This document shows positions 10,425 to 20,532 of a DNA stretch of 64,000 nt, piece after piece. Below the pieces are notes generated by a model. That model did not search any database. It was given only the letters and a program-made list of their open reading frames with translations, and was not told the origin of the DNA. Origin of the DNA: Candidatus Moraniibacteriota bacterium (GTDB lineage: Bacteria; Patescibacteriota; Minisyncoccia; Moranbacterales; GWC2-37-73); NCBI GenBank assembly GCA_035390125.1, contig DAOOTD010000003.1:20122-84121 (forward strand), given 5' to 3'. Within the stretch, counting starts at the first letter, position 1; every line of letters begins with the position of its first letter. The position numbers and the translations under genes are program-made.

Positions 10425-10601
10425 TTAATCAAATAAGCGACCAATAAACTTAAATGGCAAACCGAGCACACAAGAAGCTGCGAGAGCAATTAAAAGTATT
10501 ACGGCAAAAATCCATAAAACAGGATTTCTACCACAGCTTTTCGTCCAATCTTCTATGGCGCTCATGAAAGTTTCCCATTCTTCTTCGAGAATTTTTTTCA
10601 T
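10425..10601 (-). CDS. Small 58-aa membrane protein (not in ORF track)
   Basis: MKKILEEEWETFMSAIEDWTKSCGRNPVLWIFAVILLIALAASCVLGLPFKFIGRLFD*; preceded by AAGGAGG Shine-Dalgarno and followed by a terminator. Confidence 0.7.
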   Translation of the reverse strand: MKKILEEEWETFMSAIEDWTKSCGRNPVLWIFAVILLIALAASCVLGLPFKFIGRLFD

Positions 10602-10614
10602 GTATCCTCCTTTT

Positions 10615-13560
10615 TTAGGCTTTCTTTATTTGCAATTTTATTTTTTCATCATCAATTTTAGCCTCTTTTTCGAGATCAAAATTGCTTAATTCTTCTGACT
10701 TTATATCTTTGGCTAAAACTTCTTTGGCTATTAAATTCTTAAATTTTTTAAAGACCTGAAACATTCCAGTATAGCCCAAAAATATGCGATTGTCAACCTC
10801 GTAACCTGCTTCTTTGCGCATTTCTTGGATAAAACGAATGATTTCCCTGGCTTGACCTTCCAGTTTTAAATCTTCAGTGATTTCAGTATTTAATTCCAAA
10901 TTTTCTTTAATACTTTTGTCAAAAGAAGCATTTTTTACATTAACTTCTTCTTTTATAATTTCTATAAGCTCTTTTCTTATATCGTGATTTTTAAATTTTA
11001 AATCAAGAAGCGGCTGTCTTACTTTTATTCCTGCTCTAGCACGAAGCTGCAGGGCTTCCGTGATTATATTTCTTGTTTTTTCCATTTCTCCATTCAGCCC
11101 TTCATCGATTAAATTTTTATCTGCAATTGGAAACTCTGCTAGATGCACAGACTCTTCTACGGTTAAATTCCTATAAATTTCTTCCGAAATAAACGGACAA
11201 AATGGCGCCATTAATTTAGATAACTCTACTAGTACATAATGCAGGGTCTGATAAGCCTGGTTTTTGTCATCATCATCCTCTGATTTCCAAAATCTTTTGC
11301 GACTCCTGCGTATATACCAATTGGAAAGATTATCAATGAATTTTTCAATTGCATAAGCTGAATTGTACATATCGTAATCTCCTAGCTTTTTATCAACATT
11401 CTCAATAAGAATATTAAGCTCGGAAATTATCCATTTATCTAATAGATTGGTAACTTTTGCATTATTTTTTACAGAAGGTTCGAACTTGTCGATATTCGCA
11501 TACATCACAAAAAAGGAATAGGAATTCCAAAGCATGCGGAAAACCCTGTTCATTATGTCTCTTAAGTTTTTAACATCAAATTTTTTAGTCATTCCTGGCT
11601 GATTGACGGTATAAAGGAAATACCTCAGCATATCAGCTGAAAATTCATCCATAATTTTCATCGGATCCACAATATTACCTTTGGACTTGCTCATTTTTTT
11701 ACCTTTTGCATCAACAATGTGCCCTAGGCAAATAACATTTTTGAAAGCTCTGCCTTCTGGAACTTTGCCGGCTTTCCATAAAAGATTAGCAATGGCATGT
11801 AGCGTGTAAAACCAGCCACGAGTTTGGTCGATTGCTTCAGAAATAAAATCAGCTGGAAAATATTTTCCATTTTCAATTTTTTTCTTATCTTCATCATTGG
11901 CACCATTAGGATAATGAAATTGTGCCAATGGCATTGATCCACTGTCAAACCAAACGTCCAGCACTTCTGACGTTCTTATCATTTCCTTACCGCAAGAACA
12001 TTTTATTTTTATGTCATCAATAAAAGGCTTATGTAAATCTTCTATTTTTATGCCAGATGCGCTTTCCAATTCTTTCTGGGATTCAATCACTTTTATTTCC
12101 CCGCATTCACATTGCCAAAGTGGTAGCGGTGTTCCCCAATAACGTTCGCGAGAAATAGCCCAGTCCTTAACACCACGCAACCATTCGCCAAATCGCCCCT
12201 CTTTAATATATTCAGGAATCCAGTTTATATTTTCGTTATTTTTTACTAAATCATCAGATAATTCGCTCATACGAATAAACCAAGATGGTTTTGCATAGTA
12301 AATAAGCGGGGTGTCACAGCGCCAACAGAAAGGATATTCATGTTCATACAGCTCTTCTTGTAAAAATAATCCTCTTTTTTTCAAATCTTCAACAATCAAT
12401 TCATCGACTTCAAATTTTCCGACAACATTTTTCTTTTTTACTGGAATTCCTTCTCCAGGAACATCAAAACCGACTATTATTTTTCCTTCTTCGTCAACAG
12501 TCAGCACTGTAGGCAAGTTATTTTCCCTGCCCACATTAGCATCATCTTCTCCGAAAGCTGGAGCGATATGAACTACTCCTGTTCCATCTGTTGTGGAAAC
12601 AAAATCACCATGGATTATTTTATAAGCATTTTTTTCTTTAGATACACTGTAAAGTGGTTCATATTTCAGATCTAATAAATCCTTTCCTGAAATATCCTTG
12701 ATTATTTCATATTTTGAATTTTTTAATACTTCTTCTATCCTGTTTTTGGCCAAAATAAAAAAATTATTTTTATCAATTTTTACTTTGCAATAAGTTACAC
12801 CAGTATTTATTGCTAATGCCACGTTGCTTGGCAATGTCCAAGGTGTTGTTGTCCAGGCTAAAACATAGGTGTCTTTTTCTTCTGTAAGCTTAAATTTTAT
12901 ATAAACAGAATTATCTTTAATCGTCTGGTAGCCCTGGGCAACTTCATGTGAAGAAAGTGCAGTTCCACAGCGGTAGCAATAGGGTATGACTTTATGCCCT
13001 TTATATACAAGACTTTCTCCTTTTTTGTTTTTGGCCTTAAAAATCTGCGCAATTACCCACCAGACCGATTCAATATATTTATTTTCATAAGTTATATATG
13101 GGTTTTTCATATCCACCCAATAACCCATGCGCCTTGTTAATTTTTCCCACAGATCTTTATATTCCCAGACTGATTCTTTGCATTTTTTATTAAATTCAAT
13201 AATGCTCTGCCTTTTGTCTCCTGGTACTATATTCTCAATATCTTGTTTATTTTTGAGACCTAAAGCTTTTTCCACTTGCAGTTCAACTGGTAATCCGTGC
13301 GTATCCCAGCCAGCTTTTCTTTCCACCCTGAAACCTTTCATGGTTTTATACCTTGGCACAACATCTTTGAATGCCCGCGCTAAAACGTGATGAAGACCAG
13401 GAGTTCCATTAGCTGTCGGAGGACCTTCATAGAAAATAAAAGATTTCTCGGGAGAATTTTTTTCTACTGACTTTTCAAATATTTTATTTTCCTCCCAAAA
13501 CTTCAGGATTTCTTCTTCCATTTTTGGAAAACTTTGTTTGGCATCAACTTTTTTAAACAT
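10615..13560 (-). CDS. ileS: Isoleucyl-tRNA synthetase (IleRS2 type)
   Basis: FYEGPPTANG-PGLHH, GWDTHGLPVE, WTTTPWTLP, SRERYWGTP, KMSKS; C-terminal domain lacks the IleRS1 zinc finger. Confidence 0.96.
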   Translation of the reverse strand: MFKKVDAKQSFPKMEEEILKFWEENKIFEKSVEKNSPEKSFIFYEGPPTANGTPGLHHVLARAFKDVVPRYKTMKGFRVERKAGWDTHGLPVELQVEKALGLKNKQDIENIVPGDKRQSIIEFNKKCKESVWEYKDLWEKLTRRMGYWVDMKNPYITYENKYIESVWWVIAQIFKAKNKKGESLVYKGHKVIPYCYRCGTALSSHEVAQGYQTIKDNSVYIKFKLTEEKDTYVLAWTTTPWTLPSNVALAINTGVTYCKVKIDKNNFFILAKNRIEEVLKNSKYEIIKDISGKDLLDLKYEPLYSVSKEKNAYKIIHGDFVSTTDGTGVVHIAPAFGEDDANVGRENNLPTVLTVDEEGKIIVGFDVPGEGIPVKKKNVVGKFEVDELIVEDLKKRGLFLQEELYEHEYPFCWRCDTPLIYYAKPSWFIRMSELSDDLVKNNENINWIPEYIKEGRFGEWLRGVKDWAISRERYWGTPLPLWQCECGEIKVIESQKELESASGIKIEDLHKPFIDDIKIKCSCGKEMIRTSEVLDVWFDSGSMPLAQFHYPNGANDEDKKKIENGKYFPADFISEAIDQTRGWFYTLHAIANLLWKAGKVPEGRAFKNVICLGHIVDAKGKKMSKSKGNIVDPMKIMDEFSADMLRYFLYTVNQPGMTKKFDVKNLRDIMNRVFRMLWNSYSFFVMYANIDKFEPSVKNNAKVTNLLDKWIISELNILIENVDKKLGDYDMYNSAYAIEKFIDNLSNWYIRRSRKRFWKSEDDDDKNQAYQTLHYVLVELSKLMAPFCPFISEEIYRNLTVEESVHLAEFPIADKNLIDEGLNGEMEKTRNIITEALQLRARAGIKVRQPLLDLKFKNHDIRKELIEIIKEEVNVKNASFDKSIKENLELNTEITEDLKLEGQAREIIRFIQEMRKEAGYEVDNRIFLGYTGMFQVFKKFKNLIAKEVLAKDIKSEELSNFDLEKEAKIDDEKIKLQIKKA

Positions 13561-13591
13561 AAAATTAAATAAAAAATAAGTTATATTTATT

Positions 13592-14710
13592 TTAGCCTGC
13601 CCAATACCAATTTACAAATAAATAAGTGTTCATAGCCATTAGCATTGCTGAAACTATTATCCAAGAGTATTTTAGTATTTCGCTCTTGATAGAACCTCCT
13701 AAAATATAAATAGGAAATAATATTAAAATATACCTTCCTATACTCATTAATGTCCCCGTAGCAAAAGCAACTAATATTGTACTAGCCATATATATTGCAT
13801 AGGGATATTTTTTTATTTTTAAAAGATATAACGATACTCCTAAACTGAAAATTGAATATATAATATCTAGATAAAAATTTGATAGAGAAGCGTTGGATAA
13901 AAATACAAAATGATCTTTGTTAAAAGTAAATGACCTTCCCCATGCATTTTCAATCTTAAAAAATAAAAGTGGATCTCCAAAAAATACCCAGTGATATGCA
14001 AAAAACAATAATAACCCTGTCGGTATAAGCAGTAGCGGTAATGACTTTTTCAATCCTTGCAAATTTATTCCTTCATTTATAAGAACTTGAACGACGAGTG
14101 GCAAAAAAATTAATATTCCTGTCACCCTGGTAAGTGAAGCTAAAAAACCTATAATGCCTGCCAAAAAATATTTCTTCTTAAAGGTAAAATAAAAAGCTCC
14201 CAATGAAAGGAATAAGAATAGTGATTCTGTATATACCGCATTCAAGAAAAAAGCTGTTGGGAAAATAAGTAGCAAAAAAACGGAAAATAATGGATCTGAT
14301 TCTTTGTGAAATTCTCTTATCATCTTAGCCATGAGCATGCAAGATAAAACAAGGAAAATGCTACTAACTATCCATCCAGCAAAAGCAATGTTACCCAAGC
14401 TAAACATAGATATTATCTTAACAAGTAGCGGATACAATGGTAAAAAAACTAAATTAGAAAGAGTATCGTCCGCTTTTCTCTCATATCCGTTCTCAATTAA
14501 ATTTATATACCAATTAGAATCCCAGCGTGAATGAATATTAATAATGTTCCATGACTTGTGCTGGTTATATCTTTCTGCACTAATCCAAGAATAAGCATCG
14601 TCTGCTTTTAGATTTAGCCTATTTACTGCCAATAAGCCAGCGGCATTTACAACAATCAGCCAGATTATGGATAATAGCAAAATATTATTTTTCATCATTA
14701 TTTTAAACAT
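13592..14710 (-). CDS. Polytopic GT-C mannosyltransferase (PIG-V-like)
   Basis: RWDSNWY---ENGY, VFLPLYP, FPTAFF--AVYTESLF, many TM helices. Confidence 0.8.
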   Translation of the reverse strand: MFKIMMKNNILLLSIIWLIVVNAAGLLAVNRLNLKADDAYSWISAERYNQHKSWNIINIHSRWDSNWYINLIENGYERKADDTLSNLVFLPLYPLLVKIISMFSLGNIAFAGWIVSSIFLVLSCMLMAKMIREFHKESDPLFSVFLLLIFPTAFFLNAVYTESLFLFLSLGAFYFTFKKKYFLAGIIGFLASLTRVTGILIFLPLVVQVLINEGINLQGLKKSLPLLLIPTGLLLFFAYHWVFFGDPLLFFKIENAWGRSFTFNKDHFVFLSNASLSNFYLDIIYSIFSLGVSLYLLKIKKYPYAIYMASTILVAFATGTLMSIGRYILILFPIYILGGSIKSEILKYSWIIVSAMLMAMNTYLFVNWYWAG

Positions 14711-14724
14711 ACTTTGTTGTTAAA

Positions 14725-14930
14725 TAAAAAACATCCTTAAAAAGTTATAAGGACGCTTCTGCGTGGTACCACCTTATTTTTCCCATCAAAAATATAACGG
14801 GACTTAATTTGTGCTATTACGGGCTTACCCGATGAGTTCTACTTGCCGCTCAAAGCCTTTAGCTAGGACGGATTTCTTCTCACAGCTGCCTTATTTTACG
14901 GCAATAGAGTGATGTCTCTATTATGGCTTT
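14725..14930 (-). promoter_or_regulatory. T-box riboswitch (Ile; ultra-short stem I) with intrinsic terminator
   Basis: Minus strand in order: stem I AAUAGAG-ACAUCA-CUCUAUU (AUC specifier at 14911-14913), stem II with GAAGAA/AGUAGAA S-turn, stem IIA CGGG-UAAG-CCCG, stem III, T-box AAUAAGGUGGUACCACGC...GCGUCCUU, terminator GUCCUUA...UAAGGAUG-UUUUUU. Confidence 0.9.
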
Positions 14931-14939
14931 TATACGCTT

Positions 14940-14967
14940 ATTATAACTAAAAAAAATAAAAAATCAA
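14940..14967 (-). promoter_or_regulatory. Sigma70-type promoter for the T-box leader
   Basis: TTGATT-16 bp-TATAAT on the minus strand just 5' of stem I. Confidence 0.55.
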
Positions 14968-14979
14968 ACCCAGAATCAT

Positions 14980-15459
14980 TCATGTTCTATACACATGTTT
15001 ACACTTATCATAAGATTCCCAACTGGTTCTTATTTCATCCTGTATCCCGTTTATGAAATCAACATCATTTAAATTATCCAGTGACTGCCACTTCCATTGT
15101 GAAAATTCTTTAGGATTTATTTGTGGCCCTTTCCCATTCACATATTTGTCAAAAAAACAGACAAATCTCACTCCTGGAATCTTTTTTTGTTCTAATTGCG
15201 GAGTTTCAATTTCATATATTCCAGAAACAATAGTTTTATCTACAACAACTCCAAGTTCATCAGCTATTTGTCTTTTGACTGCTTCTTCGAAGTTTTCCCC
15301 TGGAAAGACTTGCCCTCCCCCACATTCCCATTTCCCAGGATAAAGTTCCCGATCATTATTCCTTTTAGCAATCAAGATTTCTATATTATTTTTAGTTTCC
15401 CTAAAACACATCCCGGCTACATGAACTTCAATTAGATGTCTCTTTTCTTCCCGCGACAT
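14980..15459 (-). CDS. NUDIX hydrolase
   Basis: Nudix-box variant GGQVFPGENFEEAVKRQIADELG. Confidence 0.8.
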   Translation of the reverse strand: MSREEKRHLIEVHVAGMCFRETKNNIEILIAKRNNDRELYPGKWECGGGQVFPGENFEEAVKRQIADELGVVVDKTIVSGIYEIETPQLEQKKIPGVRFVCFFDKYVNGKGPQINPKEFSQWKWQSLDNLNDVDFINGIQDEIRTSWESYDKCKHVYRT

Positions 15460-15511
15460 AAAATTATTTTTTTAAAAATAAAAATAGCAAAAATTGTTTT
15501 CTCGCTATTTT

Positions 15512-16681
15512 TTAATTTTTATTAAAACTTTTATAGATTTTTAATGTTTCCAAAGCTGTTTTATCCCAATTATATTTCTTTGCCTGTTCAAGCCCTTTTG
15601 CACGATATTGTCCACGAAGACTTTCATCACCCGCAAAAAGAGTTATGGCTTCAGCCAATTCTTCTGTATTAAGTGGATTAATAAAATATGAGGCATCACC
15701 AGCTAATTCTGGGAGAGATGCCACTTTCGAGATAATTGCTGGCGTTTGAGTTGCAAAGGCTTCTAGCACTGTCATGCCAAATCCTTCATAAAGCGAGGGC
15801 ATAACGAAAAATTCAGCTCCATGAAACAATGGTACCAATTCATCGCCAACCACATATCCAGTAAATATAACATCCTTAGCCAGTCCTAAATCTTTGATTA
15901 TCTGCTGATATTCTTGCGATAACCATCCGCGTTTTCCTGCTAAAACTAACTGATAATCGAATTTATTAGATTTTTTCTGTTTCTGTTTACGCTTAAAAAT
16001 AGAGAAAGCTTCCAGTAAGCGTGAGATATTTTTTGAAGGCTCAAGGGTTCCTAAAAAAAGTATGTATTTTTTATTGATTCCATATTTTCCTAAAACTTTA
16101 TTTTCATCCATATTCGGCTGGGTGAAGAATCTTTCATCCAAACCGCTATAAATAACGGATATTTTTTCATCACTTACATTTAAAAATTTTTTAACATCAT
16201 TTTTTAAAGATTCAGAAACCGCAATAATTTTATCGGCTTTGCGAGCCATAAGTTTATTTATAACCCTATCTCGCGCTCTTTTTACTGCTGGTATATATTG
16301 AGGGATATTGAAGATTGCCATGTCGTGAAATGTTACAACTGTTTTACCTGAATAACTCATTGGGATCCTATTATAAGAAGACGTGGTATGTAAAACATCT
16401 AGCTTTTCTTTTTGCAGAGTAGCTGTGCCTAAAATTTCATTATAGGCCCCTGGCAGATATTTTTTATAATCAGAAAAGGGATAGAATTTTATCTGGACAT
16501 TTGGTTTTGTGAACTTCTTAACATCTTTTTCACGCACACGAAAATCAAAGAAAATTACATACTCATTTTCTGTATCATTTTTCAGCAAGTGACGGATGAG
16601 CTGGTACGTATAATGTCCGATACCTATAGCATCCCCTTTTTCGGGATTTAATATGGATCTAGCATCAATTCCTATTCGCAT
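15512..16681 (-). CDS. Glycosyltransferase family 4
   Basis: MRIGIDAR start (more plausible than 16720), GTLEPSKN, PSLYEGFGMTVLEA. Confidence 0.9.
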   Translation of the reverse strand: MRIGIDARSILNPEKGDAIGIGHYTYQLIRHLLKNDTENEYVIFFDFRVREKDVKKFTKPNVQIKFYPFSDYKKYLPGAYNEILGTATLQKEKLDVLHTTSSYNRIPMSYSGKTVVTFHDMAIFNIPQYIPAVKRARDRVINKLMARKADKIIAVSESLKNDVKKFLNVSDEKISVIYSGLDERFFTQPNMDENKVLGKYGINKKYILFLGTLEPSKNISRLLEAFSIFKRKQKQKKSNKFDYQLVLAGKRGWLSQEYQQIIKDLGLAKDVIFTGYVVGDELVPLFHGAEFFVMPSLYEGFGMTVLEAFATQTPAIISKVASLPELAGDASYFINPLNTEELAEAITLFAGDESLRGQYRAKGLEQAKKYNWDKTALETLKIYKSFNKN

Positions 16682-16694
16682 ATATTTGTTATTT

Positions 16695-18278
16695 TTACAT
16701 TTTAGTCGGCGCACTGACACCTATCAAATTCAGGACTTCTGATAATACAATTCTAACAGAATTCACCAATAAAAGTCTACTCTTTGTTAATTCATAATTT
16801 TCTTCATCAATAACTCTGCACGCATCATAGAAAGAATGAAATCTATCAGCTAAATTAATTGCATAATGCGGTAATTTATGAACTTCATAGCTGAAAGAAA
16901 TTTCTTCAACTAATTCCGGGAACTTATTCAATTCTTTTATAAGACCTATCTCTTTTTCGTGCGTTAATAAGGATAAATCTGCTTTATCCTGAATTTTAGA
17001 TTTATTTAAAATACTACATATTCTGGCATGAGCATATTGCACATAAAATACAGGGTTTTTTTGGGAACGTTCTTTAGCTAAGCTTAAGTCAAAATTCATA
17101 TGTGTGTCTGGAGAATATAAAAGAAAGAAAAATCTAGTAACATCATGGCCTATTTCTTCAATAAGATCATCAATATACACGACATTGCCAGCGCGTTTGC
17201 TCATTCTGGCTTCTTGACCATCTTTTATAAGGCGCACCATCTGAGATATAATGACACGGAAATCACCAATAAAACCAAGCGTTTTAGCTAAAGCGCGAAG
17301 ACGAGTAATATATCCATGATGATCAGCTCCGAGTCCTATAATAATTTTCTTGAAACCTCTTTCGATCTTATTCAGCATATATCCGGCATCACCTGCTAAA
17401 TAGGCTTTTTGCCCATTACTTTTTATTAAAACTCTATCCTTTTCGTCACCAAACTCAGTTGTTTTAAGCCAAACAGCCCCCTCTGATTCATAAGTTAAAT
17501 TTTTGTCTTTCAAAAGTTCAATTGCCCTTTCAATATATTTTTTTTCTTGAATTTCTTTTTCATTCATCCATATATCAAAAGAAATGTGCATTTTTTCAGA
17601 TGTTGTTTTTTTGATTTTTTTTAAAATTTGATCAGCAGCTTTTTCTCCTGCCTCTCTTATATTGGAAATATTTCCGTATGTTTTATTTAATTCATCAATA
17701 TATTCTCCAACATAAGTAGCTTCTCCGTCTTTTAGCACGCTATGGCCCAACTTCTCAATTTGCTCTCCGGCATCGTTTACGTAATATTCATTAATAACCT
17801 CGAAGCCAGCTTTTTTAAGGACCCTTGAAATAGAATCGCCATAAAAACCACCTCGGCCATTGCCCAAATGCAGTGGCCCCGTCGGATTAGCAGAGATAAA
17901 CTCATTGTTTACTTTAACCCCATTGCCATCTTTTGAATTTCCAAAATTATTTTTTTCACTATTTATTTTCCTGACAACTTCTTGCAAATATTTTTTTGAT
18001 AGATGAAAATTTATGTATCCCGGAACTGCAATCTCTATTTTATCAAAATGTTCTATTCTATTTTTTATAATTTTTTGCTTGATTTGTTCTGCTATTTCTA
18101 GCGGATTTTTTTTATTTTTTTTACCTAAAATCATGCATATATTTGAAGTATAATCTCCAAATTTTTCATTTTTAGGATAATCAATAATAATATCAGAAAT
18201 ATTAAAATCAAGATAAACTTGATCTTCTTTCATGCTTAAAATAGCGTCTTTTATAATTCTTTTGATGTTTTTCTTCAT
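16695..18278 (-). CDS. argS: Arginyl-tRNA synthetase
   Basis: EFISANPTGPLHLGNGRG, GADHHGY, MSKRAG, YVQYAHARI. Confidence 0.96.
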   Translation of the reverse strand: MKKNIKRIIKDAILSMKEDQVYLDFNISDIIIDYPKNEKFGDYTSNICMILGKKNKKNPLEIAEQIKQKIIKNRIEHFDKIEIAVPGYINFHLSKKYLQEVVRKINSEKNNFGNSKDGNGVKVNNEFISANPTGPLHLGNGRGGFYGDSISRVLKKAGFEVINEYYVNDAGEQIEKLGHSVLKDGEATYVGEYIDELNKTYGNISNIREAGEKAADQILKKIKKTTSEKMHISFDIWMNEKEIQEKKYIERAIELLKDKNLTYESEGAVWLKTTEFGDEKDRVLIKSNGQKAYLAGDAGYMLNKIERGFKKIIIGLGADHHGYITRLRALAKTLGFIGDFRVIISQMVRLIKDGQEARMSKRAGNVVYIDDLIEEIGHDVTRFFFLLYSPDTHMNFDLSLAKERSQKNPVFYVQYAHARICSILNKSKIQDKADLSLLTHEKEIGLIKELNKFPELVEEISFSYEVHKLPHYAINLADRFHSFYDACRVIDEENYELTKSRLLLVNSVRIVLSEVLNLIGVSAPTKM

Positions 18279-18315
18279 ATACTAATTATACATGGTCAGG
18301 CTTTTTGGGCAATAG

Positions 18316-18345
18316 AAAAATGCCCCAACTGGTAGGGGCATTTTT
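18316..18345 (-). terminator. Intrinsic terminator closing the surface-fibre cluster
   Basis: AAAAATGCCCC-aactggta-GGGGCATTTTT. Confidence 0.7.
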
Positions 18346-18357
18346 TATAAATTCTAT

Positions 18358-19503
18358 TTATTCTTCCGTCCAAATACCTGGGCCTACTGGGCCGGAACAT
18401 TTCTTGGTTCCATAGGCGTTAGAAATACATCCATTATCGCAAGTTTTGCCTTTGCAGGTGTTTTTTTCACAACCATTTGAGACACAGCAGGCACCGTCAG
18501 TTTTGACGCCATCCATAAGCTTGCAGCCATTATTGCATTGCTTGCCTTGGCAGGTTCTTTGCTCGCAGTTATCTGCCTGACAGCAGCTCTGGTTGGTATA
18601 GGAACCATTTAAGCTTCCATCCGTGCATTGTCTAGTTTCTTTGACACACTCTGATCCATAAGGTGCATAGCTGTCTTTATAGGCGTCGACTGAACTGCCG
18701 CTAGCTACAGTTGTGCCCCAAGGCGTGGTGCAGGGACAAGGTGCTACGCTGCAGTTTTGGTTGGTGGCTGTTCCGCTCAAGACTCCATTGGTGCAGGTTC
18801 TATTTTGTTTGACACTATCACAGGATGATCCGCAGGCTACTGAACTTGAGGAGTAGGCATCAACTGATTGACCATTATCTATTGTTCCCCCCCAAGGCAG
18901 AGTACAAGTAGGATAAACAGTAGGACCAGTTGAGCTACCACTGAAATTAATCCACCCTAACTCATCTGACCAAGCATACCCACTCAGTTTTCCATCTGAT
19001 GCAACTAATACTCCATATTTAGACCCGTTTTGGGCTGTACCATTTAGTTTTATCCAACCTAGCCATCCTCCTGAATTACCAACTTTATAGGCATCTGCAA
19101 TGCTCACTATCCTTGCCCAGCCTTGCAAAGTGTTATCAGCAACACGTTTTGACACACAATTACCATCAGGACAGCCACTGAGATATCCGCCAGAATTATC
19201 AAAGGCAATATACCCCAAATTTTCGCTCCAGGCATATCCGCTCAAATCACCTCCAGAAGAAGAAGTTGGTATATTTAAGCCATAAGAAACACTACCTCCT
19301 GCCCCTGAATTTATATTATTAGCGCTAATCCAGCCAACACCCGTCTTATTCCCAGCTCCGTCATCGCTTCCTCCCCAAAGCCAACCTGATCCGTTTTCTG
19401 ATGTTCCGGCATTTACTTTTAAAATGCTTGCTACAGCAAAAATCATGCAAAAAACAATTGCTGCTATTCCATATTTGATTAAAAATTTTTTTTGTTTTGA
19501 CAT
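18358..19503 (-). CDS. Secreted protein with GxAWS-x-LGWI repeats and Cys-rich C-terminal repeats
   Basis: Signal peptide; GYAWSENLGYI / GWARI / GYAWSDELGWI; two CTxPWG...C modules; two C-x4-C-x4-C-x4-C-xxGC modules. Confidence 0.7.
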   Translation of the reverse strand: MSKQKKFLIKYGIAAIVFCMIFAVASILKVNAGTSENGSGWLWGGSDDGAGNKTGVGWISANNINSGAGGSVSYGLNIPTSSSGGDLSGYAWSENLGYIAFDNSGGYLSGCPDGNCVSKRVADNTLQGWARIVSIADAYKVGNSGGWLGWIKLNGTAQNGSKYGVLVASDGKLSGYAWSDELGWINFSGSSTGPTVYPTCTLPWGGTIDNGQSVDAYSSSSVACGSSCDSVKQNRTCTNGVLSGTATNQNCSVAPCPCTTPWGTTVASGSSVDAYKDSYAPYGSECVKETRQCTDGSLNGSYTNQSCCQADNCEQRTCQGKQCNNGCKLMDGVKTDGACCVSNGCEKNTCKGKTCDNGCISNAYGTKKCSGPVGPGIWTEE

Positions 19504-19584
19504 AAGTTAAAATTAATAAATATTTTAAAAATTAATTTTTAATAAAAAGTATAATCCGGAATATTTAATTTAATTTTTTATTAT

Positions 19585-20532
19585 TTAATAACATCCTCTT
19601 TCAGTAATAGTTGCTGTGCAAGTTGAAGTATCATATGCCGAACATGTATAATCAAACCAATAATTTATGTATCTATAATTATCGACTTTGCATGTTTCCG
19701 CAGAAGCATTACTGAATACATGACTACCAGTAGTGCAAGAAACGGCTGGACATTTTGAAACATTATTAGTTGTTCCATTACAAGTTTTTACAGTAGTAGT
19801 TGAATAATTTTTATATGATGACCATCCACTTGGACAACTGCTTTGAGAAAATTTACAAAAATTCTTATCTCCATCACTCACCAAGATTCCACCTGCACTA
19901 GTACAATCATCAGTAGAATGATATGTTCCATAAAGAAATATTCTCCCTGAATTGTTTGTGCAACGAATATAAGCTGTCACGTCTGTACAACCTATATTCA
20001 TACATTGCCATCCATTTTCTCCAATGGGCCTGCCCCCATAACCAGAAGAGTCACTATCATCGCATACATCTCTTCCCCAGCAACCGCCACCTACCATCGT
20101 ATCACCGCTAAAGCAATATATAGGATCAGTGGTTTTAACTTCTCTAGTATAGAGAGGTCCTATGGTAGTACCCGCGTTTCCACTGATACTCATTTCGCTC
20201 AACCACTTACCAGTACTTCTCAAATAAACATCGTTAACGTCTATGTTTCCGCTAGCGCCTTTATCTGGATTTGGGGTTTGTGTCCCAACTCCCACATTAC
20301 CATGAACAAAAAGACTGTTTAAAACATCTAAAAATGCTCCGCTAACACCCAAGCTTCCTGCCTTGTTTTGGAGAATATCACTTGTATTTATTGGGGCGCC
20401 AACATTGCCATCTGGAGCTGTTGCAGTCGGTTCAGTCCAAGCTTTGGCAAATTGAATGACACAACCAAGAGTTATTCCGATTATAGCTACGCTTACCCAA
20501 TATGAGATACCCTTCGTTGTTTTTAATTTCAT
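19585..20532 (-). CDS. Secreted protein with N-terminal WTEP-x-GNVGAPIN domain and Cys-rich tip
   Basis: Signal peptide ending AKA-WTEPTATAPDGNVGAPINT; GNVGVGT motif; numerous Cys in the C-terminal half. Confidence 0.7.
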   Translation of the reverse strand: MKLKTTKGISYWVSVAIIGITLGCVIQFAKAWTEPTATAPDGNVGAPINTSDILQNKAGSLGVSGAFLDVLNSLFVHGNVGVGTQTPNPDKGASGNIDVNDVYLRSTGKWLSEMSISGNAGTTIGPLYTREVKTTDPIYCFSGDTMVGGGCWGRDVCDDSDSSGYGGRPIGENGWQCMNIGCTDVTAYIRCTNNSGRIFLYGTYHSTDDCTSAGGILVSDGDKNFCKFSQSSCPSGWSSYKNYSTTTVKTCNGTTNNVSKCPAVSCTTGSHVFSNASAETCKVDNYRYINYWFDYTCSAYDTSTCTATITERGCY

